Part shown: piece after piece, positions 27,985-40,826 of the stretch | How the letters are laid out: every line of letters starts with the position of its first letter | Position numbering within the stretch: the first letter of the stretch is position 1 | Origin: Paramecium tetraurelia | Taxonomy: Eukaryota | Length of the DNA: 64,000 nucleotides | Assembly (NCBI GenBank): GCA_000165425.1 | Contig: CT868006.1 | Span: 62,001 to 126,000, forward strand | Direction of reading: 5' to 3' | Notes under the pieces: model-generated | What the model was told of the DNA's origin: nothing | Databases searched by the model: none | Seen by the model: only the letters and a program-made list of their open reading frames with translations | Translations under genes and position numbers: made by a program

Positions 27985-29296
27985 ATGCTGAGTTCTAAGG
28001 CTGGTGTTGATCATGTGTTACGCTAATTTGCTAATAAGAGAGTGCTAATAAGAGTAGATTTCAACGTGCCAATCAAAGAAGGCAAAGTGAAGAATGCAAC
28101 AAGAATCCAAGGAGCTATTCCAACCATCAAGAAGATACTTGAATAGAATCCAAAGAATGTTACATTGATGTCACACATGGGAAGACCAGATGGAAAGAGG
28201 TGTTCTATATGAATATATTTTAGAGTTGAAAAAGACTCACTCAAAATAGTTGTTCCAAAGTTGGAAGAGTTACTAGGCACTAAAATCAACTTTGTTAACG
28301 ATTGTGTAGGTTCAGAAGCTACTGAGGCTGCAAATGCTGGAAATGGACAAATCAATTTATTAGAAAATCTCAGATTCCACATTTAGGAGGAAGGAAAAGG
28401 CCTTGATGCAAATGGAGCAAAGATCAAGGCAGATAAAGAGAGTGTTAAGAAATTTAGAAAGGAATTATCCGCCTTGGGAGATATTTATGTAAATGATGCA
28501 TTTGGTACTGCACATAGAGCCCACTCATCTATGGTTGGAATAGATCATAAAGTTAGAGTGGCTGGGTATTTGATGAAGAAAGAACTCGATTATTTTTCAA
28601 AGGCCTTGGAAACACCTCAAAGACCATTCCTTGTTATTTTAGGAGGTGCTAAAGTTGCTGATAAAATCCAGTTAATTAAATCTATGCTTGATAAAGTAGA
28701 TGAGATGATCATTGGAGGAGGTATGGCATTTACATTCCTTAAAAAAATTCACAATGTTCCTATTGGAAAATCACTCTTCGATGAAGAAGGATATAAAATT
28801 GTTGATGAAATACTTACTAAAGCCAAGGAAAGGAATGTCAAAATTCATCTTCCAGTCGATTTCGTATGTGGTACAGGCTTGGAAGCATCCAGTCCTGTTG
28901 CATTACATGATCTTAAATCAGGAATACCAGATGGATGGTTGGGTTTGGATGCAGGTCAATTGACATAAAGAGAAAATGCTGAAGCTATTGGAAGAGCTAA
29001 AACAAGTTTATATTTTGTAGATTTTATTTTTAGTTGTTTGGAATGGACCATAAGGAGCATTTGAAATTGAGTAATTCAAGAATGGTTCTGTGAGTATGTT
29101 GAATGCCTTGGTTAAATAGACTTCAAGTGGTGCTACAACCATTGTTGGAGGAGGTGACACTGTCAATCTAGTTGGAGCTAATAAGGCCAATGATAAACTC
29201 AGTCATGTTTCCACTGGTGGAGGCGCTTCTTTGGAATTGTTGGAAGGAAAGATATTACCAGGTGTTGAATATCTTACCAATATCAAAGATTTATGA
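27985..29296 (+). CDS. PGK: Phosphoglycerate kinase
   Basis: [78 protein letters not shown]; 2 introns. Confidence 0.98.
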
Positions 29297-29339
29297 TATA
29301 TGATTCATATAACATAATTTAACATCATTAATAATTTAA

Positions 29340-29594
29340 ATGGATAAGCAATTACTATAGCAAATCGATCTCATTATGTAAGATAGCGTTTAAGGAGCCT
29401 TGATTGTTGATTAATTTGGATTCCCTTTAGCCAATAAATCTTTGAATCCTCAATTAAGCCAATATGTCAAGAGTATAGCAGATTGTGCCACAGCTTTAAA
29501 AGACGAAGTACCCATCATAGCTATAGAAACTGGTGAAACAAAAACATATATAATCAAACCAGGATCTAAATTTAGTCTATGCTTGCTAGCTTGA
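29340..29594 (+). CDS. LAMTOR5/HBXIP-like Ragulator roadblock subunit (84 aa)
   Basis: MDKQLLQQIDLIMQDSVQGALIVDQFGFPL..VKSIADCATAL.DEVPIIAIETGETKTYIIK resembles LAMTOR5 in size and pattern (VGVLCTDSQGL..A..L..PVVCLES). Confidence 0.7.
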
Positions 29595-29619
29595 ATAATA
29601 TATATATAATAAAAGGCAT

Positions 29620-30470
29620 TAATTTATTGCTCTAGTAATGAAATTAACTTTTGATCCTTCTTCAAACACAAGCTTTATGAATTTAGCAAATAATAGAAGA
29701 GGATGATCATATCTACATTATATCTGCTTCTACTTAAAGTCTAGAAAGATTAAAAAATGGAATGACTGCATACTATAGTAAATGATAATTTAATAGCATT
29801 TAAGAATAGAGATTTGAAGAAGAGAAATATATTTGGTTCTATGTTGATATCCTCGTTAAGATATTCAATCTAGGATGATATTGTATAATTAAAAAAAAAC
29901 ATCAATAATCTCTTCTTCAAAATTAATTTATGCTAACCTTTAAAACTCAAATTCAATGCTTTATGAAAGTATTATATTGATAGAATAAGAAAAATTATAT
30001 GGACTTGATTATTTTATTCATAATATTTTCATATTAATATTAGTTATTAGTGTAAGAGACAGCTTTGAGGATTAAGCGAATATAAATATTATGCTATTCT
30101 TATTAACAATATATTATCTTAGATTCAATATATATACCTATAGTAATGCAATTAGTAACATAATTCTTCCCTTTAACATTTAAATTGCAATATGTTCCAA
30201 TTTGATTATTACTCTAATTTTGATATTAGGCATTCTGTTTCTTAGAGGCAACTATTCAGTGTGATAATGGAATATGGATATTTCAACCCATTTGTTTGTA
30301 TCCATGATTTTTAATATAGAGGAGATTTCTTCGGGGATGATTCAGAATAGAGATTTAAGGAGTTCTTGAGTTGATTTTAGGATGTGGAAGATGTTTTTGA
30401 GTGTAGAGAAAGGGGGAGCGAATTAAAGTGGATTGGATGAAAGAGATGGTTTAGATGGTATTTAATGTAT
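29620..30470 (-). pseudogene. Candidate decayed gene
   Basis: Intron-like GT..AG elements on the minus strand; a protein-like frame broken by TGA at 30342-30344; no ATG at the apparent 5' end; no continuous frame. Confidence 0.35.
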
Positions 30471-30489
30471 TAAATAATATATTATCGTT

Positions 30490-31008
30490 ATGAACACTCA
30501 ACTAAAAATATTACAATTCAAGTATGAAATAGGACAGCCTAGCCAGTATTATTTCTTGATTGCGTCAGGCAAGGAGCAATATTTCACAAGTACGTTTAAA
30601 CTTCAACATGGTCTCAACGACTTTAGAGACAAGTTCACTTTGTCAGTCTCACAATTCATTGACTTTTAGCTGTGGGATTATTGGGGAGATCCTGTGATGA
30701 AAGGATTGGGGAGATTGGATATTCAGAAGGTTCTGAAGGAACGTAAGGATATGCACATAATATAAATCTGGACTGATGTGAAAGTGGGTGAGTTAATGAT
30801 TTAACTTATATTTGAAGAGGAAATGTTATCACTTTAGTCTTCATTAAAAGAAAAATCATCATTTGGACTTCAGCCGAGCTTTTTGAGTTAGCAGGGAGCT
30901 TCCTTTTACGACAATTATCTTAATGATAAGCCTTTGGTGTATATGTCAGCTTCACGTAGTACTCAATACAGACCCACTCAGTCCCCGGTGTTATAGATAA
31001 AAAAATGA
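30490..31008 (+). CDS. Small C2-domain-like protein
   Basis: Intronless 172 aa; ..FQLWDYWGDPVMKGLGRLDI..KVGELMIQLIF pattern of C2 beta strands; the frame is also open back to ATG30382. Confidence 0.6.
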
Positions 31009-31020
31009 TTATTTAATTTT

Positions 31021-32167
31021 ATGGACTAAGAGAGTGTTTTCGATCTATCTTCTTTATCAGATTTTCGATCAGATTAAGGTCTACAATAATTGTATATTGT
31101 TAGAGGGAGATCTGAATAATTATAGGAATAGAGCAAATTGGTGAAGGAACACTTGCAAAGCTTGAATAATGAAATTAATGGAGGCTTCACTAATCCTTTG
31201 AAATCGTTGGTGAGTAAGCAGAAGAATAGATTCATAATGGATGGGTTTGATTTAGATTTGACATGTACATTTTTAAACTTAAATTCGAGACATCACTGAA
31301 TAGGTGATTGCAATGGGGTTCCCAGCAATAGATTACGAAGCCATTTACAGAAATTCTATGGAAGACGTTCAAAGGTTTTTCAATTAGAGACATAAGAACC
31401 ATTACAAGATTATTAATTTATGTTCGGAGAGAAAATATGATCATGCATATTTTGATGGCAATGTTTCAGAATATCCCTTCGACGATCATCAAGCGCCTCA
31501 ATTTAATATGATCTATGAATTGTGTGCAGAAATCCACAACTATGTAACCCAAGACAAACAGAATGTTGTTGCCATTCATTGCAAAGCTGGCAAAGGCAGA
31601 ACGGGAATCATGATTTGTTGCTACCTTCTTTTCTCGGAGTTGTTTAAAAGCAGCTTCGAGGCCATGAGATATTATGGCATGATGCGCACTAAAAATAATA
31701 AAGGAGTTACTATACCTTCTTAAATCAGATACATTCTATATTTTGAGAAGGCTCTTCAAATGGGGTACACAGTTCAAGATGTACCCCAACCCAAGATTCA
31801 AATTTTATAGATTCGCTTGATTACTATACCTTCAATGAACTACTCTAATTCATGTACTCCTTATATTCTCATTCAGAATTATCAGAATTAAGCTACTTTC
31901 ACTAAATTTCAAATTGTAAATGATAGTTTTATTTTATTTACTGTTGATATAATAGTTGAAAAAGATACACGTATTATTTGTTATAATAAAACACTGATGG
32001 GCAAAGAAGTAATGTTTTAATTTTGGTTTCACACAGGTTTTATAGAATCCAATGGACTATTAGTTATTGATAAATATATGCTTGACAGAGCTGTTAAGGA
32101 TAAAAAACACAAGATATTCTCGCCCAATTTCAGAGTGGAAGTACAAACTATTACACTACCCAATTGA
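31021..32167 (+). CDS. PTEN: PTEN-like lipid/dual-specificity phosphatase with C-terminal C2 domain
   Basis: LVSKQKNRF..DGFDLDLTYIT, IAMGFPA, PFDDHQAP, HCKAGKGRTG, GVTIPSQIRY, MFQFWFHTGFI. Confidence 0.95.
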
Positions 32168-32188
32168 TTTTACTATTTTAATTATATA

Positions 32189-33975
32189 ATGTAATCACTA
32201 GTGTTATCGGCTAGACTTCCTTCGTCTCCCTTATTGCACAAAAAGAAGTCTTCAGATTTTCAGACTCTCCACTCCAATTTGACCAGAGTTCAGTCTCCAT
32301 CTGGCAACAAAGCCAATCAAGCATTTGGTAGATGTCAGACTGTCAAAACTTTGAACAGTGAAAGAGACCCAGTGGAACTAACCATCACGTTGATCTTGGA
32401 TGGCCAGAAGTAATGCAATCGAATTAAACTAGATCGATTGTGCCCATAAGCATTTACTTGAATACTACAGATTTATATAAGAAATTAATAGCAAAGGTAC
32501 TGCAAGTGAATCCAGCCATTGTAAATAAAATAAAACACTTTCAAACCCATTCCAGTGTCAAGAATTATAACATTGATTACTACTTATCGCTCGAACTATA
32601 GCCGTTAGAAGTATTTGAAGAATAAAGACATTTGAAATTAGAACCTTATTATTCAAACCCAGTTGGACAGCAAATGAGTATCGAAGATTACGACATCCTG
32701 AAATGCATCGGCGTTGGGTATGACTTAATAATTTATGGCAATAGTGGATTCTCAAGAGTCTATTTGGTAAGGAAACGAGACAATGGCTTGTTTTATGCCA
32801 TGAAACTCATCGACAAGAACTTCATTCTCAAGTCTAACAAGGAAATAATCATTTGCAATGAAAAATATGTGATGGAACAATTAAATTCTCCGTATTTGGC
32901 CAAACTATTCTACTCTTTTGAAACTAAATTCTATCTAGTCTTTGTGATGGAGTAACTAATCCTATTAAACTTAGATATTGTGCAGGTGGTGAACTCTTCT
33001 ATCATCTGAGAAAATGGAAAAGACTATCAGAACCATTGGCAAAACAGTATTTTGTTTAGGTTTGTTTAGCCATCAACGAGTTGCATAAATTCGGGATTGT
33101 CTACAGAGATATCAAACCTGAAAACATATTATTAGATTTAGATGGGTATATAAGACTATCAGATTTTGGATTATCTAAACCTAATATGAACAGAGATGAG
33201 ACAGCCTATTCATTTTGTGGATCACCTGAGTATATGTCACCTGAGATGTTAAAGAGGGAAGGACATAATTATATGGTGGATATTTATTGTTTAGGTGCAT
33301 TACTTTATGAATTTATATTTGGATCGCCTCCTTTCTATTGTAGAAACATAGACTAAATTTATAATAGTATTTTGAATGATAAACTCTAATTTCCTCCATT
33401 TAAAGACATCAATCCCGATCTGAAGGATTTGATTTCTAAATTATTAATAAAGGATCCTGCCAAACGTCTGGGAGCATAAAATGGTATCAAATCCATCTTA
33501 TAACACAAATGGTTTCAGGATTGCGATATTGAAGGACTAGTTAAGCGAAAATGTGAGATCAGTTATCGTCCAATGCCGTTAAGGTATAACTTCGATGAAT
33601 TGGAATTCAGCAAAGGAGATTATGAATTTTAGAAGAAGCTCTACGAAAATTTAAGAATAGAAAGAACTGTATGAATTATACTTAGATTGTTAGAGTAAAT
33701 TCGCTCGTTCATTTCCGCATTTTGAATATGTGAATAAAAGGATAGTGGATCATAGACAGAATATTCTAGACCAGCTAACAAAGTCTAGATAGATTCAAGG
33801 ACAATAAGGATTGCCTAAACAATAATAGAAGACTCAGATTTGTTTATCACCTGTGTCATTGGTGAAAGAACATTCGAATATTTAATCGTTGATTTCAGGA
33901 TCCTTTAAGTAATCATCTTAATTTAAACGTTTCAATACAGATGTAGATCTGAAATAATTGATGAGAAAGGTTTGA
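32189..33975 (+). CDS. AGC-group Ser/Thr kinase (RSK/S6K/SGK-like)
   Basis: IGVGGFSRV (after splicing), YAMK, YRDIKPEN, DFGLSK, AYSFCGSPEYMSPE, hydrophobic motif FPHFEY; 3 introns. Confidence 0.95.
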
Positions 33976-34006
33976 TTTTATTTATAATGATATATTATAT
34001 TATTAT

Positions 34007-35710
34007 TCAATTTAATTCTTCCTCTATTCCCAACAATCTTATGATATCCTTGCTATAACAAATCAATTTTTATTATTTCAATGACTCTTGTAAGTAATTT
34101 TCAACAAGTGTTGTTTTATGATATGTCTTCAAACTAAAGTAATTCACATAATTTCTATTCTTAATGAAGTAGTCGAAATCTCTTATAATTTATTGATTAA
34201 ACTCCTTAACGTTATTAGACTTCTGATTCTGATTGATAAGAGTGATTAGAACAGTAAAGAACTTGGGCAATCTATCCTCAATTTTACATTTAACTACTTA
34301 ATCGATATAATGTATGAGATATTGATAATGATATACCTCACATTATTATTTGAGGAAATCAACTGGAATTTCCCAATGCTTCAAGTTTCTGTCTATTTCT
34401 GGAATGAACATCTTCTCCTTGCTAAAGATTATTACAATTCGCTTTAATTTGCAACTTGATTCATTGATTCTATATCCTCCATCACTCCCATCATTTAAAT
34501 TCTAATCTAGTAAATCTTTTTCTTGCTAACTTAATTTGCGAGTGTATCGAACTAAAACAATCCTAGGATTCCTTTAACACTCTGGAAATGTAAGTTTATT
34601 CAGTCCAATAACTATTTCCTTTCCATTTAAATGAATCATGGCAGACAAAAAATCAATTAGAAACTGACTCTTATCAAGAGAAGGACTGAATGCATTAATC
34701 ACTAGACCTGATATCGATTGAGTATGCAACAGATTCATTAGATACTTAATGTTGCCAACCTTCTAACAAGGGGCTCTCCCGATTGATCTGCTAAACTAAT
34801 AGATTCCATATAGAAATAAAGTTTATTCATTGAATAGATCTGTTATCTCCGAAAAGAGAGGGAAATAGAATTGCTCCCCTCTTTGGATTCTAGCAAAGTT
34901 TAATTGAACATTTGGATATTTAATCATGTTCAAATAGATCTTTTCATAAAAGACGCAATTTTTAGTGATGCAATTGGAATCTCCATTTAATTATAATAAT
35001 ATTCGATTGGCAGTCTTGCATTCTTGTACGATGTTAGAATTTAAATAGAATTTATCGTAATATTGCAAGGATTCTATGGCTATACATACTTTGAGTTCTT
35101 CTGGAATTAGTTATTAAAGAGTCTTTTCTAGCAGACAAGTGCAAGATATATAATACACAGGATCTGATGCAATAGATGTAGTGAGCAATTGTGGTTGCTC
35201 AAAGACAAACTCAATTTTAGGTAAAATCATCAAATCATCATCCTCATCTAATAAAATGGTTTAGGGTAGCTTTTGTTATGATGTTCCATTTCTCTAAATA
35301 GAATTTAGGGGATATGGTTTTTCATTCTTAATGGCAAATTCATCCTTTTTCATTTTGACAATGTCCTACTTTTACTTACGAGTAGCATCATGTAATTCGG
35401 TTAAAGAGGATCTCACCTTCAACATGGTATCCGATAATATATGACCACATCTTCTGAGCAATTTAAACTTTCTCTCAAATGATTCTTGGTCTGAAGGAGG
35501 TGGGAAATAATTCTTAGGAACCTTTTAATAGTTCTCTCCTCTAGAGGCAGTATTGAGTCTTTTGAGAGTTGCCTAAAAACTAACAGATTAAGAAAGATCT
35601 AGGACATCTTCTGCCTTACGAACAATTTCATTTAGTCTCAGATAGAGATGTTCTAATGTACGGTAAATTTCATCATTTATGTGGTCTGGTAGTATTTCCT
35701 CTGCTTACAT
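34007..35710 (-). CDS. Hypothetical protein (~567 aa, intronless)
   Basis: Uninterrupted code-6 frame from MQAEEILPDH to ..GIEEELN*; no motif recognised. Confidence 0.75.
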
Positions 35711-35785
35711 TGATTTTAATTAATAATCATGGTCTTTCAAGTATTTGAGTAATATTAATTTTAAAAAATCATTAAAATAAATATA

Positions 35786-38211
35786 TCACTATTCATTTTT
35801 TTCATTTTCATCATCACTCTAATACTCCTCTTCTTCTTCATCCATTTCATCTATTTCATCATGTTGCAACAATCCACCATACAATTTTATCAATTCCTCT
35901 GAATCTTCTCTCTCATCAAAGATCAATTGAAATTTATTATTTTCCAATAAATTGTCATAAAAAATAAGATGCTTTTTACAAGGTGGCCATACAGTAGCAT
36001 CTGGCGGTGGAATAATCGTATCAATTGACAATCTCATAGCATTTTCAACCATCTAAGGTATTATTCTCTACAAGATTGGGCTACTAGTTTCCAAACAAGG
36101 ATTAGTGTTGATCTCAATTAGGTATGGTTTGAATTGTGAATCAATCATAAAGTCCAATCCAAAAATCTCGAAATTAAACTCCTTCTTATGTGGAGCTAAC
36201 TTACAATAAACTGATTTGATGCTAATTGTAGCTATCTCAATCAATTAAGGGTACAAGTCCTTATAAAAATTATATTTCTTTGGTTAATTCTCTAAATATC
36301 TTTGGAATTCAGACAATGACAATTTATTACCATTCTCGTATTTCCCATAAGTATCAGCATATTTCTAGATGGCATCATTTGTTAGATGAACGTAAAGATT
36401 AGCAGGGTCATCTAAATCGAATTCCTCTGATGAGGTTCTTATGTATCCATCTTCGTACCAATATGCTCTAAAAATATTATTCAATTGGGTGATAAGAAAG
36501 TAACACCTGATGTCAAATTTCCTTTTATTGTAGAGGAATGGTTTCTCTATGTATCTCTAAATTAAATATGAAAAGGGTTTTCCGTTTTGATGGACCTGCT
36601 TTTTACTTATGATTTTGTTTATCTCATTTAAATTTTAACAAACTATGATTCCTGTTCCTCTATTGGTAAATTCACCAGGCTTGACTATCCAAGTAGAGCC
36701 TCTAGATAGAAATGTAATAATACTTTGGCAATTTCTTGTAATGCTCTAGGAATTGCAAATAGACCTTGTCTCTGGATCCTTTTTGCACATGGAAAGTTAT
36801 TGGTATGATGGAATGTAGATCCTATTTAGTCAATTCATAGTATCTTTTGAGATTGTGGTATAGGGCTTTCTTGTTGCCCAGATGATAATTCTTTTCTATA
36901 TGATTATGAATCTAAATTTATTAGATTAAATTACCTTCAAAGAAGAATGCACTTTTAACAAAGAGAATCCTTTTTGATTTATTAATTTTAAGTACGCTTT
37001 TTGGTTTCTTTCTATTTGTTTATAATCAGTATCGTCGTTCATTAATCTGAACAAGGGGTCAATTTAGATTTTCTTCTTTATTTGAGTTAAGGATTAGGGT
37101 TGATTCAATTTCTTTCTCATCAATGATTTAATTTCATTCGTTGATGGGTTTTGAGTGTCCATGTAATTCTAAACTTTGATCTAAGTCCAAATGAAGTTAC
37201 TTTCAGCATCAACTAACTCACTGTACTTATACTAGTTCCACCACCATCTCAATTTAAAAATTTCTTTGATTAGCAGAGAATTGTTTCCTCTGCCAATCTT
37301 AAATTTTAAATCAATCACAGTATCTTAAGGTAATGTGTAGAATCCACACTAAGTGGAAACCAAAAACAAGAAGTGTTAATAGTTTTACAATTTAGTTTAG
37401 AATAATTGTTCCCTGGATAATTGGGAGTATTCAGTTAATGAAAATTTAAAATTGTTACTCTAAATTTACGTTGTGCTGCTTTGGGGAGCCATTACTTTTG
37501 GAGGTACTGGACTGGCATTATTATTATAATTAATAGAATGTTTTTATTTAGTTTTTTGAGGGACTTTGCATTTAATTTTCTTTTCTATTTCTTCGGTAAA
37601 TGATTATGACTTGTCTCTCTCTTTATCTTGGGACAGAGCCTTTTGTCTGATAGTCTGTTAGGTTAGTACAGTATTTTATTCCATTAATTTATTAAATGGT
37701 ATTACTTATAGTCCCATAACACCCATAGCCTTTTCTGCTGAGATTCTATGTTGCATCCCTTACAAAATGCTCGTTAGAATCTATTTAGTATTATTAATAT
37801 CGGATGGATAAAAGCCTTTGGAGATTCTGACTTGGCTGTTTTTAGTTTCTTCGATCTAGTCGCAGTTGCTTGTTTAGACCTTTCTTTTATCTCGTTTTTG
37901 AGGGGCACTATTAGTGAAAACCACACTGTAGGTGCCTTGGGTTTGAGGTTCTTGTGAGAGATTTCTTTGTATGGTAATAGCTAGGGTAAGATAGGAGGAG
38001 AGTGAGTACCTTACTGAATTCTTTGAACTGGTTTACGAGGGAGACTTGGTCGTCGGTATGATATTTTTTAATTGGAGGGCTATTCTTTTGTCAGTTCAGA
38101 AAATTTAATACTGCTCTTCTTATTGAGTTGATTGATTTTTTATTAAATAGTGAGTCCATTATTGAGCTTTCTTATGGGGGGAGTTCTTAGATAGGTTTCA
38201 TCTTTCTGCAT
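35786..38211 (-). CDS. Tubulin-tyrosine-ligase-like enzyme (probably glycylase, TTLL3/10-like)
   Basis: GRGNNSLLIK..RWWW, HNHIEKNYHLGNKKALY, WIVKPGE..RGTGI, QRYIEKPFLYNKRKFDIR, HLTNDAIQK, FGLDFMID, LIEINTNP. Confidence 0.93.
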
Positions 38212-38287
38212 TATTTTATTGTGTTTTTATTATTAACTATTAATTTATAAAGAAACAATCATTTTCTCCTATTATAATTAAATTAAA

Positions 38288-40637
38288 ATGATGTTCTTCA
38301 AGTAAGATTTTATAAGTGATATTGTTTAAGCTTTTAGCGATTCTTCGCTGGTTTTAGTTCGATGCTAGACCCTCTATTGGCCCAAGACAACTGTACCTTG
38401 GAGTCTATTCTTGACGATGACACTCTACAAGAAATCAAAATGAATGGTGCAACAAAATTTGGAAATTTGTAAGCATTTTAGATTTATTAGAGTGTGACAA
38501 AGAATATAGAAACATTTAGTAAGATGGTGGGATACTTGTGTGTGAATGAGGATGAGGAATATAACGAGAAGACTTAGATTAGGTAAAATGATTAAACTTA
38601 AAAATCATAAGATACCCCTTCATGATTAGTGAGGCGATAGGGAATGAGAACGTTCCAATCATAGATTATCTATTCGAAGCAGATAAATCGAGCCAAAATT
38701 ATGAGCAGAATGAAGCAATTAGACAGGAATTCCTTCCCAAGATTTTCGATATCTTAGATAGGGATTACTTGAATGTGACTCTCGCCAGTTATTTATCCAA
38801 AGTGGTGTGTGCAATCATCAGAAGAAGAGGTTTTGACGTATTAATTGTGCATAATCATATAAGTTGTGGAGATTCCTTTCTCAGCCAGAACATAAATCAA
38901 TTTTAAGTAATTTAATTAAGAACTTGGACGTATTCCATGTCGCCGAAATCATCGAAAAGTTGATCTTACTCGACACCAATCAGGAACAATAAGACAATCA
39001 ATCTGTCTTCTTGGAGGAGAGAAGCGATCTTCTACGTCGAGTGATTCGAGTCTTCGAATACAAAACTCATCAAAATGACATCACTGATAATTGCAGTCAT
39101 ATAATCATTGAAATCCTCAACAAGACAGAACTGTTCCTTTCAGTCCTCAACATCCCTGATAAATTCTTCGCCATTGCTGTAACATCATCACCCTATTTCT
39201 AAGTTAAATTCCAGCTCAGCAGCTGTAGTTTCTGTGTTAATCACTCTACTTGAAGCCACTCATCGATACATACAACAGCAACAAGAGAAGAACCCCTCTT
39301 ATCACTTTAGTTATAACTAATACTACCCCATAGCCTAAGAGTTCAAGAATGCCTTGTTGGCTGAAAAGATATCAATTAGTAATTTCTATTATTTATTCAA
39401 GGCGCTTTCAATACAACTTATGGAATATCATAATAGCCATTTAGTTAGATGAAATTGAAATTGCTACAATTGTATCTAACCATCTTAAGGTTTAATGATA
39501 TCGACTTGATCAATTAATTTGATCATAAAGGAATTTATGCATCACTTATGAAGTTCATCATTGAATACGAATTCAACAATCAATTGCAAAATTACTTCTA
39601 TGAAATTACAGTCTTCATTTTTGATAGGCCCCAATTCGAGGATATTCAAAATGAATTCTTATCCTTAGATCTTGCAACTTTCATTATGAAATACAATAGA
39701 TACGAAAAAGAAATAGTAGGAGCCTTGAATTCTCAAATCAGAAGAGGTTATGTGGGTATTTTAAGTAAATTGGCCTATTATTTCACTAACAAATTTGAGA
39801 AGAATTAAGAATGGAATCAATATGTTGAGGAAGTGCTTGAATCTGTTAGAAATATCGAAAATCAATATATGTTGGGAGTGAATCCAAGACCTAAGATTCC
39901 TATTGACACAAATGATGAGGGCATGAATGAAATGTTTAGAGTACTATAATTATATAACATACTTAGAACTTTTAAAAGAACAAAATATCATAAAGCATTC
40001 AACAACAATCAATTCAATAATAAGATCAATAGACAACAGTGGAAGTGGAATAAGAAACAGAAGAATAGCAAAACGATGATGATCAAGATGAAAACGATTA
40101 GGACATCTAAAGAGAAGATGATTAAATAGAATCTGTCAACTCAAAGAAACCAGAGATGTTGATTGATGTCGAGGAAATTGAGAAAGTTATTAATAGTCCA
40201 GAAACCAGTCCTAAAGTTGGTAATCCAAACATTCATGTATTTTAGTTGAATAAATTATCTAATTCTAAGAACAAAACTTAAAGACATCTCCTTAAGCGAG
40301 TGAAATCATGACTGATCAAACTGTCAATAAATATTGGAAGGCTCATGAAGGTTTAGAACATCAAGAACCTGGTAGAAAGGGTTCATAGGATGATATTCAC
40401 AAGCATTAATCTGATCACGATTAATTGAAACATGAAGAAACCCACAAAGACACTCAAGAACATCATGAAGTAGAACAGTAAATTCAACCTTAAGAGAATA
40501 TGTAAATTGAAGTTCAAGAAATTAAGGTGGAAACAATTAATTCACCAGAAGAAAAATAATAATAATAGCAATTGGAAGAAGAATAATAAGAATAAGAAAA
40601 TAAGTAATAAGAAGTCTAGGATGAATTAATCAGTTGA
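38288..40637 (+). CDS. SAPS-domain protein (PP6/Sit4 regulatory subunit)
   Basis: CTLESILDD..LQE.K, RYPFMISE, LASYLSKV, YEFNNQLQN, RRGYVGIL; acidic tail. Confidence 0.85.
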
Positions 40638-40826
40638 TTCCATTATTAAATAAAAATCATACATTATTTTATGTTATTATTAATCAAAAACATTTATTAC
40701 ACGAATTATCTGAAAAAACCTGTTTATCAATCTATTAAAACTGGTTAATTCTGAATTCTTAATATAAGTATATCAACTTTATAAGCAAATTTTTATTTAA
40801 TTCAGTATTATTTATAAATTAAATAT

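Noticed and set aside
27821..27991. Upstream ORF MFSRVT.. as a PGK targeting extension
   Set aside because: Out of frame with PGK; the only frame-restoring GT..AG found is 17 nt, shorter than any intron seen here
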